The position numbers and the translations under genes were made by a program. Below the pieces are notes generated by a model that was given only the letters and a program-made list of their open reading frames with translations, had not been told where the DNA came from and searched no databases. 64,000 nucleotides of DNA from Haliotis rubra (Eukaryota), in assembly GCF_003918875.1 (NCBI RefSeq), contig NW_025766966.1:62001-126000 (forward strand). The letters run 5' to 3'. Every line of letters begins with the position of its first letter. Position 1 is the first letter of the stretch. Shown one piece after another: positions 39,591 through 52,299 of the stretch.

Positions 39591-39805
39591 AGTAATTCAG
39601 AACATGTGTTTGTATAGGGATAGCCCGAACGCTGAACTGGCCGTACCTGGCCGTGCCCTACAACAAGCCCAAAAATACGACTTGTGCCTTTCCAAATTCA
39701 CACTTTGCAAGATTCACAGTAATATTTGCTTCAGACAGTCTTTCGAAGAAAGTGCGGATTCCCTTCAGATGGTCTTCCCAGTCCATGTCGTAACTGATGT
39801 TATAA

Positions 39806-40455
39806 ACCTCCAGTGACGTCACTCTATTGTTCTTAGGGGACACTTCTCTCGTAATATCCCTCAAATCTGATACAATCTCGCTTCCTCGGGCAATTATCTA
39901 AATAATATCCCTCTGTCCCGGGCAATTATCTTAATAACGTCCCTGTGCCCCGGGGCATTATCTTAATAACGTCCCTATGCCCGGGAATTTTCTGAGGAAT
40001 AGCCCTTGACTTTGAATTATTATTTGTTTTGAAGATTGATACGACTTTGTCTTGCCATCACTGAATGCGATCGTAAAATATGACCTTATTGACAATTTCC
40101 AACATGTAGTGCCAACACCCGGTTTCGAACCCGCTACCCTTCACTTACTAGCTTGGCGGTTTTATCCACTAAGCTACGAAGGATCTCTGTGATCAATGAG
40201 ATTGTTTTTCGGTATGAACCATGTGTTCCTCGCAAGAAGGGTAGTGCGGGCAGTGCACGTGCAGGGCACGGGTAGCGCGTGCGGAGCACGTGCATTGCGA
40301 GGCGTCGGCTGCCAGTCTCATCCCAGTTGATTTGAACAGTAAATACCAAATATTGAAATTATATCTGAAGTATATCTTCGGACGGTTTATAAGTTGGATA
40401 TAACATGACCAGTGGGCATTATTGAAAAGTATGCCCTCTTCCCTCGGGTCATGTT
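39806..40455. mobile_element. Non-autonomous insertion in the Gypsy RT, with ~33-bp tandem repeats and a tRNA-like segment
   Basis: Splits the RT just after YMDD. Repeats gggcaattatcttaataacgtccc x3 (39885-39985), terminal hairpin taacatgacc..ggtcatgtta, tRNA-like head on the minus strand at ~40110-40178. Confidence 0.55.
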
Positions 40456-41250
40456 ATATCCTACACACATCATCCATGTAAGATTCAACGTCATCAAGAC
40501 CAGATGTGACATTGTTCATGAGCCTCTGGAACGTCGGTGGAACTTTCTTCAGACCAAATGGCATCTCTTTGTATTGATAGAGTCCGCCTGGTGTAGCAAA
40601 GGCGGATATTTTCTTTGCACTGTATGCACTGTATGTGAGTGGAATTTGCCAGAAGCTTTTCAATAAGTCAAATTTACTTATGTATTGAGCTTGACTAATG
40701 CAATCAATGCAATTGTCCACCTTCAGAATTGGAAAAGAATCAGTTCGTGAGAACGCATTGACAGCTTTCATGACAGCACAGCAGCGCCAACCACCTCCAC
40801 GACTCTTCGGCACTGGGTTCAATAATGTCAATGTCCAACTTGTATTTCACTTCTTTCCGCAGAATGTAAATTTTCACAGGATTCGTCCGATACAGATATT
40901 GTTTTACAGGCACAGCATCACCAACATCTATATCATGGCTAACAACATCAGTTCGGCCAGGCACATCAGGAAATAAATGATAGAACTCACAAATCAAATC
41001 TGACATTGAGCTTTCTGCTCAGGGGATAAATGTGATAATTTCTCATCAACGTGAGCTAACACATAAACATTTCTTAACTTTGGTGAAACATTATCACTAA
41101 GGTCATCAAACTTCACATTGCTAACACCATCATCAATATTGTCTACAGCACAATCAGTAACTGGGGAGAGTGTGGCAATACAATTGACCTGTTTGGTTTC
41201 TAACCTGTCATGGTATTTCTTAATCATGACACGACCTCTTTTGCTTACGA

Positions 41251-41643
41251 GTGAGTGAGTGAGTTAAAATTTACAGTCACATCGGCAGTATTTCAGCCAT
41301 ATTGTGACTAAAAAGTCATAAATTAACAATAAACACAATTAAATTATATAACAGCTGTCGACGAGGGACAGTAAAATAACTAGATTATCAGAGGAATAAA
41401 TTTAAGACTAGTAAATAATCTAAAATATGTTAACTATAAATGACAATACAAGATAAAAACAGGCTATAGATTGCCAACAACTGAATGTAGATCACCATAC
41501 TAAGGACCATGGGGACTTACAGTACATTTGCTTCCTGCATGAGCCCTAGCTGGATTTACATCATCCCTTCAGCTGTTAGCAATTTAGACACATCTAGCCA
41601 TACATTAAAAATACACATATTCTACGATTAAAAAAGTGGAAAG
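41251..41643 (-). mobile_element. Non-LTR family C 5'-truncated insertion
   Basis: 14-bp TSD tcttttgcttacga (41237-50, 41644-57); (ACTC)n tail. Confidence 0.88.
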
Positions 41644-43121
41644 TCTTTTGCTTACGACATAGTCTGTGTTGCATACCATTTTGCCAATATATGTGACTCT
41701 GGTATCTAGCTATATATAGCTCTCAGTGGTTGACCAGGACTGGGAAGTATACAATAAGTTTTGATCTTATTCTTCAAAGTTTGATGAAAACTCTCTAAAG
41801 CTCCCTGTGACTCTGGGTGATACTCACTTAACTTAACCTGCTGAATACCCAACTGGTACAAAACTTGTTGAAACACTTTAGACATAAAATTAGAGCCCTG
41901 GTCATACTGAACAACATCTGGCAAACTAACTAAGATGAAAAACTTGATCAAAGCCTTGACAATCCACAGGAGCGACAATCCTACGAAGAGTACGAAGAGG
42001 AATTGCTTCAGGAAATCTGGTAGAGGCACACATGATACTGATTACCAGATTTAGTCTTAGGTAGTGGAGCAACACAATCTATGATAACCATACGGGAAGG
42101 TTCCTCAAAGACTGGTATAGGTTTTAAAGGAGCGGTAGGAATTTTCTGATTTGGTTTTCCAACAATTTGGCATGCATTACAGGTCTTGCAAAATTTAGCG
42201 ACATCTTGTCTCAAACTGGGCCAAAAGAAATGTGCCAAAATTTTCTCACAACTTTGTTTATACCTTAATGACCTGCCATGGGACCTTCATGTCCCAGTGA
42301 AAGTACATGATTTCGAAATAATTTTGGTACCACAATTTGGTGATACAATTTCAATTCATCCTCTGCGGCAACGTCCAGCTACCTATATTTCCTCATCAGA
42401 ACACCATCCTTGAAGCAATAACAAACTCGAACCTTGCTAACCCCTCAAAAGAAACAGCCTTACTGCCTCTGCAACTCAACATCCTCACCCTCCGCACTAA
42501 TAGGCCTCTTGAGGTTTTTTTCAATATGTAGAAATATTTATCTACTTCTTTTTCATTGAAAGGGGTGCCAGTCTGGCGTACCTTGCAATGTCGAAAGAGG
42601 AAGGGTTTGAGGGAGGAGAAGGATTTTCGAGTTTTTTACAACTCAATTTCTGTCAATTTCCAATTTACTTTGGTCAAATTCCAATTATCTTTCTCCATTT
42701 CCAACATTTTCAGTCCCGTTTCTTCTTTTTCTAGCCTTTCTAGTTCTTCATGTTTTTTATTTTCTTCTTTTTGAATTTGTAAATTAACTTCAATGGTTGT
42801 TTCAATTCAAATGGTCCGAATATTCTTCTTTAACCATTTCCAAAACTTCATGTCTGTCCAAAAACTCATTAATGTAGTGATTCAACACAACTTTCAAATT
42901 CTGAAATTTCCTCTTAGCAGGTTTGGCCTCAAGTTTTACATTTGCAGAAATTTGTAATAAATCTGATTTGCGCAAGTCTCCGACTGTCTCAGGGACAGAG
43001 GACTTAAGAAACTGCACAAGTTTAAACACCATTTTGCTGGTTTCACAACTAACTTGTTTGCAAAAATGCAGAAATTTGAAATATACTTTTCACAAAAAGT
43101 CTCAAATGTCAAATGAATTCT

Positions 43122-43136
43122 ATCCCGGATGAGCCC
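43122..43136 (-). promoter_or_regulatory. tRNA-Pro primer binding site remnant
   Basis: Minus strand gggctcatccgggat versus canonical PBS-Pro TGGGGGCTCGTCCGGGAT, just upstream of gag. Confidence 0.6.
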
Positions 43137-43192
43137 TTAATTTTTTTTTGGACGATTTAGAAATTAAGGCTTGTGAGCCCCCCTTAAAGGAG

Positions 43193-43350
43193 NNNNNNNN
43201 NNNNNNNNNNNNNNNNNNNNNNNNNNNNNNNNNNNNNNNNNNNNNNNNNNNNNNNNNNNNNNNNNNNNNNNNNNNNNNNNNNNNNNNNNNNNNNNNNNNN
43301 NNNNNNNNNNNNNNNNNNNNNNNNNNNNNNNNNNNNNNNNNNNNNNNNNN
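43193..43350. other. Assembly gap (N run)
   Basis: Run of n. Confidence 1.
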
Positions 43351-43685
43351 GAAATAAAGCATCCTAAATGTCACCTTCCGTTATTAACATTTCCCCAAAA
43401 GTTTGTAAAATCGCAATAAAAACGTGAAAAACGCCCTCGAATTTCCGCCTATACGGAAACACCCGCCAGTTAATGAGCAGAGGCGGGTATCACGTGACAT
43501 GACGTCAAATGTGCCTATTGCCTATGGCTTCTTCTTTTGTTATATTTGACAACGTGACTGTGATCATGGATTCTGAAGCAATAAAAGATGTTCGCGATGT
43601 CATTTTTGACCTGGATGTTAGACCGTACCAATACATCATGCAAGAGAAACTTCCAGCAAAGTTGAAGAAAAAAAATCCCACTTGA

Positions 43686-44480
43686 TTCAATTCAATTCAT
43701 TTATTCAGTATTTTGGCCATGTGGCCCAGAGGACAATTGATTGTGACGACATAGCCGTAACACGTGACAGGAAGAACATATGTACATTTTCATTATAAGA
43801 AAAACACATGTTTCATGAAAATTGCTACAGAAGTTATGGTTTGGATATTTGTTTGTATTGAGAACAGATAGGCTTTTGTAATTGATACGATGTAATTATT
43901 TTGTTCAGAGATCCGCACACCTTTCACATACAAATAATACATGGTACTCATCTTCGAGAACTCCTGGATTACAACTTTTGCATACAGGAATGTTTTCATT
44001 AGTACATTTTGTTTGTCTTAATAGATTAACTTTAAAAGAATGCAATGCAATACGTAATTTACAGAATGCACGAATCAAGGTCTGATCACTTAATGCTGCT
44101 AGGTATAGTTCAGGTTGTAATAATGATTTGAAAGACGAGTAATTCTTTAAAAATGTGGACGTACAGAGCTGGGAATATATATCACGGAGTCTTTGTGTAA
44201 AAGTACTGATAAACATTTGTATGTTTCCTGCATCTTGCGCTGTCCAAACATATGAAAATCCAGTTGTGAAAAGTAAGTGACGGACATCTGAAACCCATGT
44301 ATGTTTACCATTTTCATCAATTTTTTTAGGAATAACTAACACTGGTGAGGATAGGGATGTGATTCCATTCTTGATATTTTAAAACAAAACTACTTTATAA
44401 CACGTATTTGAGTAGACACGTGCACCGCGTATCTACCACATTCACATACTTGCCAACATTCAGAAATCTGTATCTTCTCT
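43686..44480 (-). mobile_element. CR1/L2-group LINE 3' fragment
   Basis: W...VR.LL...GF.YVW, KLR...H, C..C....EDEYHVLF.C zinc knuckle; (TTGAA)n tail after aataaa. Confidence 0.8.
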
Positions 44481-47400
44481 ATGCACTCATACCAAACACA
44501 CCCCCACCCCCACCCCCACCCCCACCATATAGTAATACAGGCATTATTTGACTATAAAAAATGTACAAGCAACTGTGAAGGAAATATGTTTATTCATACG
44601 AAAGATTGCATTACTATCTTTGATGGTGATGAGAACAGAACACCAAGGTAGCTATAATAGGTTACAGTTTTAACATCTTGACCATCTGATGTCAACATCG
44701 GTAGACTCGGAAACACAGACTGGTAAGTTCGTCATGTAAACAACTGTCGAATAATCGGTTTTATCGGTTCAGTTATATTGTTAATGCACCAGATCATTTT
44801 AGATGATTTCAATATACTTTAATATATTTCTTAAATGTGACTGTGTTGTGTGCATCCCGATGCCAACTGGTCTTGAAAGTAAGTGTTGTACTACTGTAGC
44901 GCTTGGTCTTTGGCCACATGGCGGCACATTTGACGTCACGAGCGGAAAGGTCACGTGAGTTCCAGCGGAATATGCATGATGGCCGAAGCTGAGATAACAG
45001 AAACTGTTTTCGCGATTAAAACATAAATATACATATTTTTGAATTGAAAATTTCGGTATATGCTTCTGATGACTTTATCCTTCACCGAGCTAATTATTGC
45101 AATTCGCTCGTATTCTCCTTTAAACCAGTAAAATACAACACATACGAGTCTATAATGTTCGATTGTATAATGAATAAACACGGTTACAATGAATGACAGT
45201 ACAGATTTCTAATACTATACTATTGGATCAAAAATCTAAAATATTATCTCACCAAAGTATTGATATTCGCAGTAAAAACAGATAAACTGATTGAAGATTG
45301 TTGACAGATTTTGAAAGTTCAATGTGGACGAGGTCTTGAAACGTTCATGTTAGCAGACAGATCAGCATAATCCAAAGTAGTAGTCCCCTCATACATCTCA
45401 GCAACCGTCCCTTATATACATATTATACAGTTCTAGATATTTCTTGCAAAAGCTATGCCACACCACCACCATTTAGAAATTACTGGAATCCCACTGTCTT
45501 GCACCGGAAGCAAAACAACCGAGGTAACACTAACTCCCCAGCTTACTCTTAACAGGCGTAATTACATAGGCTTAGTTCAAGGTATGAGTTCAAATCCTAA
45601 CTCAGCTCTTTAATCTTCTGTGACCGATAACAACTGAAAGTTAATTAATGTGACATTATAATTAACAAAAACACATCCCCATAACATTATTTACACGCTT
45701 TTTAAAACATAATCTGTAGTCGTGTTAGTACGTATTATTTTAGTGACAGTGAGGAAACTTTGATTCTGATTTGTCAAATTCAGATTAGACTGGAATTTGT
45801 ACATAACTTTTGACATAATAGTTCGTATGAAAACATCTATCAGTCGATAGCCGAGGCATATTTAACGATGGATGCAGAAAACCCATTGGAATTGTACGTT
45901 AGATGTCAGACCAATAGTTTAGCAAACTATTGTCTATTTCAGAACACACATAATGAAGTAAAACAGGAATTAACCTCTGTGTTTGTGTAACACAATCATA
46001 GGCCACAAAGCTCAGCAATCACTTATACTTATGGAATTGTACTTTAGATGTAGGACCAGTAGCTTATCAAACATGATGAAATCTATTTCAGAACATACAC
46101 AATAAAGTAAAACTTGAATTAACCACCGTGTTTGCGTCACAAAGTTCAACAGTCTCTTATACTTTCTCCGTTAACGTACCGAGTAGTCTTCAAGTAAAAT
46201 TTATGTATTCAACCATTGTCTGGAGGAGTTTCATTCCTAAGGTGGTGCCACAACACTCGTTTCCGCCTCTAGATCACAACAGGGTTGTCCTCTATGTTCA
46301 TAAAATTTGTGACTAAATTGTCTCCGTGTACAACTATTCTGGAAGCTGTAGAATAATGGGAGAAGATCAAATCAGCTATGTGTAAAGTCATGTTGAGAGA
46401 GTCAATATGTAATACTGTTTTGGAGGAATTATCTCAAACTAAACTGTACGTAAGTGATATAACTTCTAAATAACTAAAATAATGTGATATATTAAGTATT
46501 TTGATAAATCAGGCCAATGTTTTGACATATTCTGTAACCTGTTACTCCTGCAAATAAGGTGTTGCACACCACAAACCTTGAACCCCGCATTGGAACCCAC
46601 AGCCATAGGTCTCTAACATGCCCAAGGGAAACATTTCTGCAGGGCGAGTTGCGGCGCCCTTGGCGATCTTGTCTTTAACCAACACTAAAATCACAGTAAT
46701 ACAGGTAATGAGAGATTCTTATGTTTCCTCCTCCTCTTTAGGTGCCCAATCATCAGTGCCTTCTTCAACAGAAGAAGAAAAACAGCCATTTGAAACCTTT
46801 CATTAGCTCTCCTTAATGCAATGGTCAAGTTCTTGTGAAAGGACATACTGACAATTTGATGAATTGGGCGGGCACAGTGCTTTCAACGATCGTTTTCCCC
46901 GTGTTAATCAATACACAGATTCATCACGAGGTAGGCACTTAGTTCTGGAGAACTGAACCAACTGAAACTGTTGCGTTGACAGTTCTGGAAAGGTTAAGGA
47001 GAACGGGCCTTCAGATTGACAAAAGCCCATGGCTTGTGCAAGTTTATTAGTTTGATTAACCTTCATGTGGGTAATGTAACTATTTAAATGCCTATATTCA
47101 CAACTGATATAACTAAAGATGGTCCTCTTATTTAAATCTCACAATTTCGAATTTCGATGGGTTTATTCTAAAATGGTTTATGTTTAAAACTCATACACGA
47201 ACAATGCTCTTGAACCAAACGCGAAACCCAATATTACCTCACTTAACATACAATAGTAACCCTATTAGGTCCAACAATGCCATAAGGGCTGTTAGTGCAG
47301 AAACTAGAAACACTAGAATGATGATTTCTATTGACAACTACATATAACTAACGATCTAAGTGCTCTATTGGTTTGACAGGCAGATGGCCACGAATGTCCG

Positions 47401-47606
47401 AGTGCGGATCTTTAATCACATTAGTACATTACTACTAATGACTTCACAACACACAATGAATAATCTCTTTCCAGGAAGTCGGTGCAAGTTGATAGGCTAT
47501 TTTCTTCTGTGTTTTTGTCCGACATCACTGTAAAGATACATGGACGGTGGGTTCATAAGGTCAAAACATTCATTCTGTTGAGAGGCAGAGAGACGGAGGT
47601 TTCACC

Positions 47607-48351
47607 ATGTCCAACACAACAGATGGATCTTCATTCATCCTTTTCTCAACATTTAATGATAAGAAAATAACACTTGTGACGTTTATTGTCAACATCATCA
47701 TATTCATTATCGGGTTCTTGGCCTTGTCATTGAACGCTATCGTACTGGACACTCTGGTGAAGAGAGGGAATCTGGAACCGACGGATCTTGTGATGTGCCA
47801 CCTTGCCGTCACCGACATGCTCACCGGGGTCCTTACAATCCACTCTGTCGTATACAACATCATCTACTTTCAAAACGACCTCGAATGCCTCATTCGCATT
47901 GGAGCAGTATTCATTTTTCTCTCAGGATCTGTCTACCACCTGGCCCTCCTGACAGTGGATAGGTTCGTGAAGATTGTCTTCCCCTACCGTTACCAGGATG
48001 TCATGACCAGGAAGTCCGTGTCCATCATGTCGGCGGCCATCTGGTTCTTCTCCGTCAACCTCGGCCTCCTTCCTTCCTATGGCTGGAGAGACTACCCGCC
48101 GCCATCAGAACCACTTTGTTCCTTTCTTGGTGTTTTGCACACAGGGTTTCTTCGGTTCGCTCTTGTGGTGTTTCTTCTTCCGGTTTTTGTAATCGCCATT
48201 CTGTATTCGAAGATCTTCTTGGTAGCCAGACGACACGCACGTGCTATTGCCGCCACGGACGTTGCTATTAGGAACGATTCCAGCAGCATGAAATTTACAA
48301 AGACCGTCGTTATTCTGATCGGAATATACCTCGTCTCATTTCTGCCAATGG
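47607..48351 (+). CDS. Class A GPCR, coding exon copy 2 (N-terminus to mid-TM6)
   Basis: Intact, indel-free paralog of copy 1. Donor G|GTATGT after 48351 (phase 1). Upstream acceptor ttttccag at 47474. Confidence 0.9.
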
Positions 48352-48867
48352 GTATGTACCACTTCACCATGTGTAACCTCGTTGTAAGAGTGAGTGAGGG
48401 AGTAATGTTTAATGCCGCTTTGGACAGTATTACTTTACGGCGTGCCAGCATGGTGTGAGTGCAAGGTCATAAGTGTCGTAGGTCTGAGACGATCTTCGAC
48501 CCCATAGTCCTTAGTATGTTCTGTTTGTGTTGTTGTTTCTCGTTTTGTTGTTGTTATGTTTTGTTTGTTGTTGAACACCGCTCAGCAATATTCCAGCCTT
48601 GTGGTGGCGGTCTGTAAATATACGAGTTTGGACCAGACAATCCAGTCATCAACAGCATGAGCATCGATCTACACAATTGGGATATGATGATATGCGTCAA
48701 CCAAGTCAGCAAGCATGACCATCTGGTCTATAGCCCGTTGGTATTTTATAGTCCTGAACAGTGTTAAAGCCTTTTAGAGTTACATGTTAGTTGTAAAATG
48801 TATATCTGTAACATTCTAGTTGTTGTATTGTCATTTGGTGACTGGTATAAGCTTACTTTATATATAA

Positions 48868-49002
48868 CCCGTGAGATCCGGGTTAGAATTGACCTTCATT
48901 AAGCCGTGCTTGTCGTAAGAGGCGCTTACCGGGAGCGGGTGGTCAGGCTCGATGACTTGGTTGACTCATGTCATCGTATCTCAATTGCGTAGATCGAGGC
49001 TC
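48868..49002 (+). mobile_element. SINE family A with internal deletion, specific to duplication unit 2
   Basis: cccgtgagatccgggttagaattgaccttc...; TSD-like cttacttta(t/c)atat; absent at ~31700. Confidence 0.75.
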
Positions 49003-49739
49003 ACTTACTTTACATATTGCCAATGTATGAATTGTTTTAGTCACAGTATAGCCGATGTGATTATAACTCAACTCACTCACTCACTCAGTCCTGAAGGCGT
49101 TTCTCACTTTCTCACAGAGCATGGGTTTGGTGCTTACTCGAACCCAGTTGGTCTTAAGTGAGTGAGTGAGTTGATATTTAACGTCACATCGGCAATATCT
49201 CAACGAGAACAATGTATATGTTGATAAAGAATACATTCAGACTACAAATACCTATCGACAATGGACAGTAAAATAAATGGAATAGCACAGATTTTGACTT
49301 TAAAAAGCATTTTAGCACAAAAAGACATCACTATACAAAATCGACTCAATATGAATACGTGTTACAGATGGCCAGACACTGGAAGATCGCCATACCATGG
49401 ACAAAGGGATATACAGTAACTTTGTTAACGTAAGAGATGACTATCGATAGCAAATTTGGCGGAATCATAACCATTGTTAACCAAATAACGAAGTGAAATA
49501 TACGTTTATGTCACAAATGACGATTTAGAGGGGGGGGGGGGGGGTGTTTGCACGCACACACTCACACCTCCAACTTCTACTTCCGCCTCTAAATTATTAC
49601 ATAAATATTTTAATCAATGACCGGTAGATTTGGACAGAATACATTATTTGCCACCAAACAATATGTCAGCACAGTTACTGTGTCGCACACATACTAGTTA
49701 TAGAAATCGTGCAACACCCGCGCAACCACTCACTCACTC

Positions 49740-50330
49740 AAAATTGCTATATCGACCCCTGATGGGGACACATGATATGTTACGAGACGCCCAAGCCAAT
49801 CTATATAGCAAACCATGCTTCGGTTCATTTAAACCTTGTACAATCCTGGCAAAGAAGCGCAAGGTGCTTTCAGTTAATTCCAGGTCTTTACCATGGCGAG
49901 TTGGTAGTAGTTCATAAAAACTCGTTGTTAAGATCGTTCTTTTCCATATCTTAATACTTGCATACTGCAAATCCCTACTGTTTAGACCAATAAAGAGGAG
50001 GGAATTAACAGTGCGCCTTGCTTTAGTACAGCTCTCCTCAATATATAGTTTAAAAGGAAGATTACTTTGGAGAACAATACCCCCGTACTTTACACTATCA
50101 GAAAGGGTTAGGCCATAATGCCCAGAGTGATAAGCATGCGTATGCATTAGATGCTTCTTTTTATGAAACACCACAATGTTACTTGTTGATGCATTACAGG
50201 TTAATCGCCATTTGGATGCGTAATCAATGACTGTGTCTTAAGCTAGCTGTAGACCTTTAGGACTGTATTAACTAATAAGTGTAGTATCATCAGCAAGTAA
50301 TACACATGGCAATCTAACGTTTCATCGATA
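49740..50330 (-). mobile_element. CR1/L2-group LINE RT fragment
   Basis: LLADDTTLIS.SPKGLQ, YASKWRL..NA, KYGGIV, KARR. Confidence 0.7.
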
Positions 50331-51821
50331 CCCATAGAGGCCACACACAATACTGACTTTGGGGTATCTTAATGGTACCATTTTGGGTGAGTTTGGTTGT
50401 GTGGACTCTAAATGTGATCCCCCAAAATGTGTTAAACATAATTGTCAAGTTTGAACTCAATCTTCCGTATTCATTGTTAATTAGAGTGAATTAAATGTGA
50501 GCTTTAAGAAACCGCTATCGGTGCGACATTTTTCTTGTGGTTCAGTATATTTCCTGACAGTACAACACCATCTCCAGCTGTAGTGGCAATATCTAAAGCC
50601 AAAAGCGTGTAGTAGCTGCATCGAAAAAATTAACTCTTGTGCTTTAGAATCAAGTCTTTCGCACAAATTGAGTATTCTGTCGTGTGAAGAGTATAGACTG
50701 CATACATGGCTTCCAATGCATATCACGCACATGGTGCTGGATTTGCTTCTCGCCAGCCTTGTAATATGCAAATATCAAACAGGATTCTCTAACACTGGCA
50801 AAGATGTTGGACGAAGTTGAAATTATATGGTTCCGGGACCCATAAAGCAGGATAACCACGCCTTTATCCGTGCTTTTTGCCTCTCGTATATATATTACAA
50901 GTTGACGCTCTACAGTGGAGTGGGGTAGGGTTGCTTGCTGACGCATTATCATTCCTGTTCAAGGCGTGCAACATTAATCATTAATCAGCCATACAGACCG
51001 GGAATTTCTTTGCGGTGGAGTAGGTATCGCGTTACATGCTGTTGATACCATTACTGCACTGCAATAGATCTCAAAACTGATATACGTGAGCTGATACGCC
51101 TGGTCTGTTAATCTTAGACTGCGTGGTGTAAAGATGTGACGTTACTTGCCAAACATAGCGCTACCTACTAAGAACGCCAAACAAACACACGAAGACCTTA
51201 TTAGAAAGCAAAGAGACCATGACAAAATGAACGACAGCGGAGATTTGTACTTGGCGAAGATATGTTAGAAGGATAATCACCATTTTCGATCGATCGCACT
51301 CCCTTGGGCACTTGCCGTCAGATCGTTTCTGAAGGCATCGCACGTACAATTACGTCTTTGTTATCACAACGGACTTGCAAAATGGAAATAAATAATCAAC
51401 ATGTTGGGCATAACACATTGAAGAATTAACCGTCTAGTCCAAAAATCACGACTATCACCGCTTGAGATGGTTGAAGAATTAACCTGGGTTTTGACCACTT
51501 CCTCAAACTTGTTTTGAAAACCACGTGGTGCTTGGACGTGTTCGGGATATCATGTAAGTCAGTAGTAGCGACAAAACCCTTTCCACATCCATAAGAAATC
51601 TCTGCTAACAGCAGAATCGATTTTACAACTGTGACTATATTGTCACAACTGTGTACATATTTGTTTCAACAGTTTTACAGCTGTACTATGTTGTTTGTAA
51701 ACACATAGAGTCTGGTCTTGACAATCCAACAACCTTTATAGCCGTAGGTAATTGATTTGGTACATTATTTACAGCCATTCCTCGAGGATCTACTGTAATT
51801 GAGAGAAAATTATCTTCCTTG

Positions 51822-52047
51822 GGGCGGGGCAGAGATCGACAAATGTAGATGTGACCGACGTTACGGGGGCGGGGCAGAGATCGGCAAATGTAGATATTAC
51901 CTATGTTTCTAAGGGCGGGGCAGAGATCGACAAATGTAGACGTGACCTACGTTTCTTAGGGCGGGGCAGAGATCGACAAATGTAGATGTGACCTACGTTT
52001 CTTAGGGCGGGGCAGAGATCGGCAAATGTAGACGTGACCTACGTTTC
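51822..52047. repeat. Minisatellite, ~45-46 bp x5
   Basis: Unit gggcggggcagagatcg(a/g)caaatgtaga(t/c)gtgacctacgtttctta. Confidence 0.95.
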
Positions 52048-52299
52048 GTGTTAATTGACGGTGAAGGTTTACCCTTTTTTGCGTGTATTTGAGATACTGT
52101 TTGAAGACATATGTAAGAGAAGGCATGTTAGAGCTTTCTACAAGAAGTAGCTTATGCCATATTATCGTTGTTATATTGAACTGTACCTAGACAACATGAT
52201 GGTATATATGCTGAATAGTCCTTTGGAGTATATTCGACATACTTTGAACTGACAGTGAAGGTAAAATTGTCGCTCAACGTCAAACACACGAAAAACGTT

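Larger units (their letters stand above)
39600..43136 (-). mobile_element. Degenerate Gmr1-like Gypsy LTR retrotransposon (gag-IN-RT order)
   Basis: In minus-strand order: PBS-like site, gag-like 43032-42802, integrase FFWP..RQDV.KFC.TC..CQ..GKPN / DQGSNF / YHPESQGALE, then RT SKFDLLK.FWQ, MPFGLK..P.TFQR, YMDD, LAKCEF. Confidence 0.85.
45690..49720 (+). repeat. Segmental duplication unit 2 containing GPCR variable exon 2
   Basis: Collinear with 27080-32680. Confidence 0.9.

Noticed and set aside
50481-50952. Overlapping ~100-aa minus-strand ORFs as a host gene
   Set aside because: No recognisable motif or splice structure; left uncalled.
51822-52047. CRISPR-like array (also considered for 62313-62620 and 39885-39985)
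   Set aside because: Units are wholly repeated with no unique spacers, there are no cas genes, and the context is eukaryotic.
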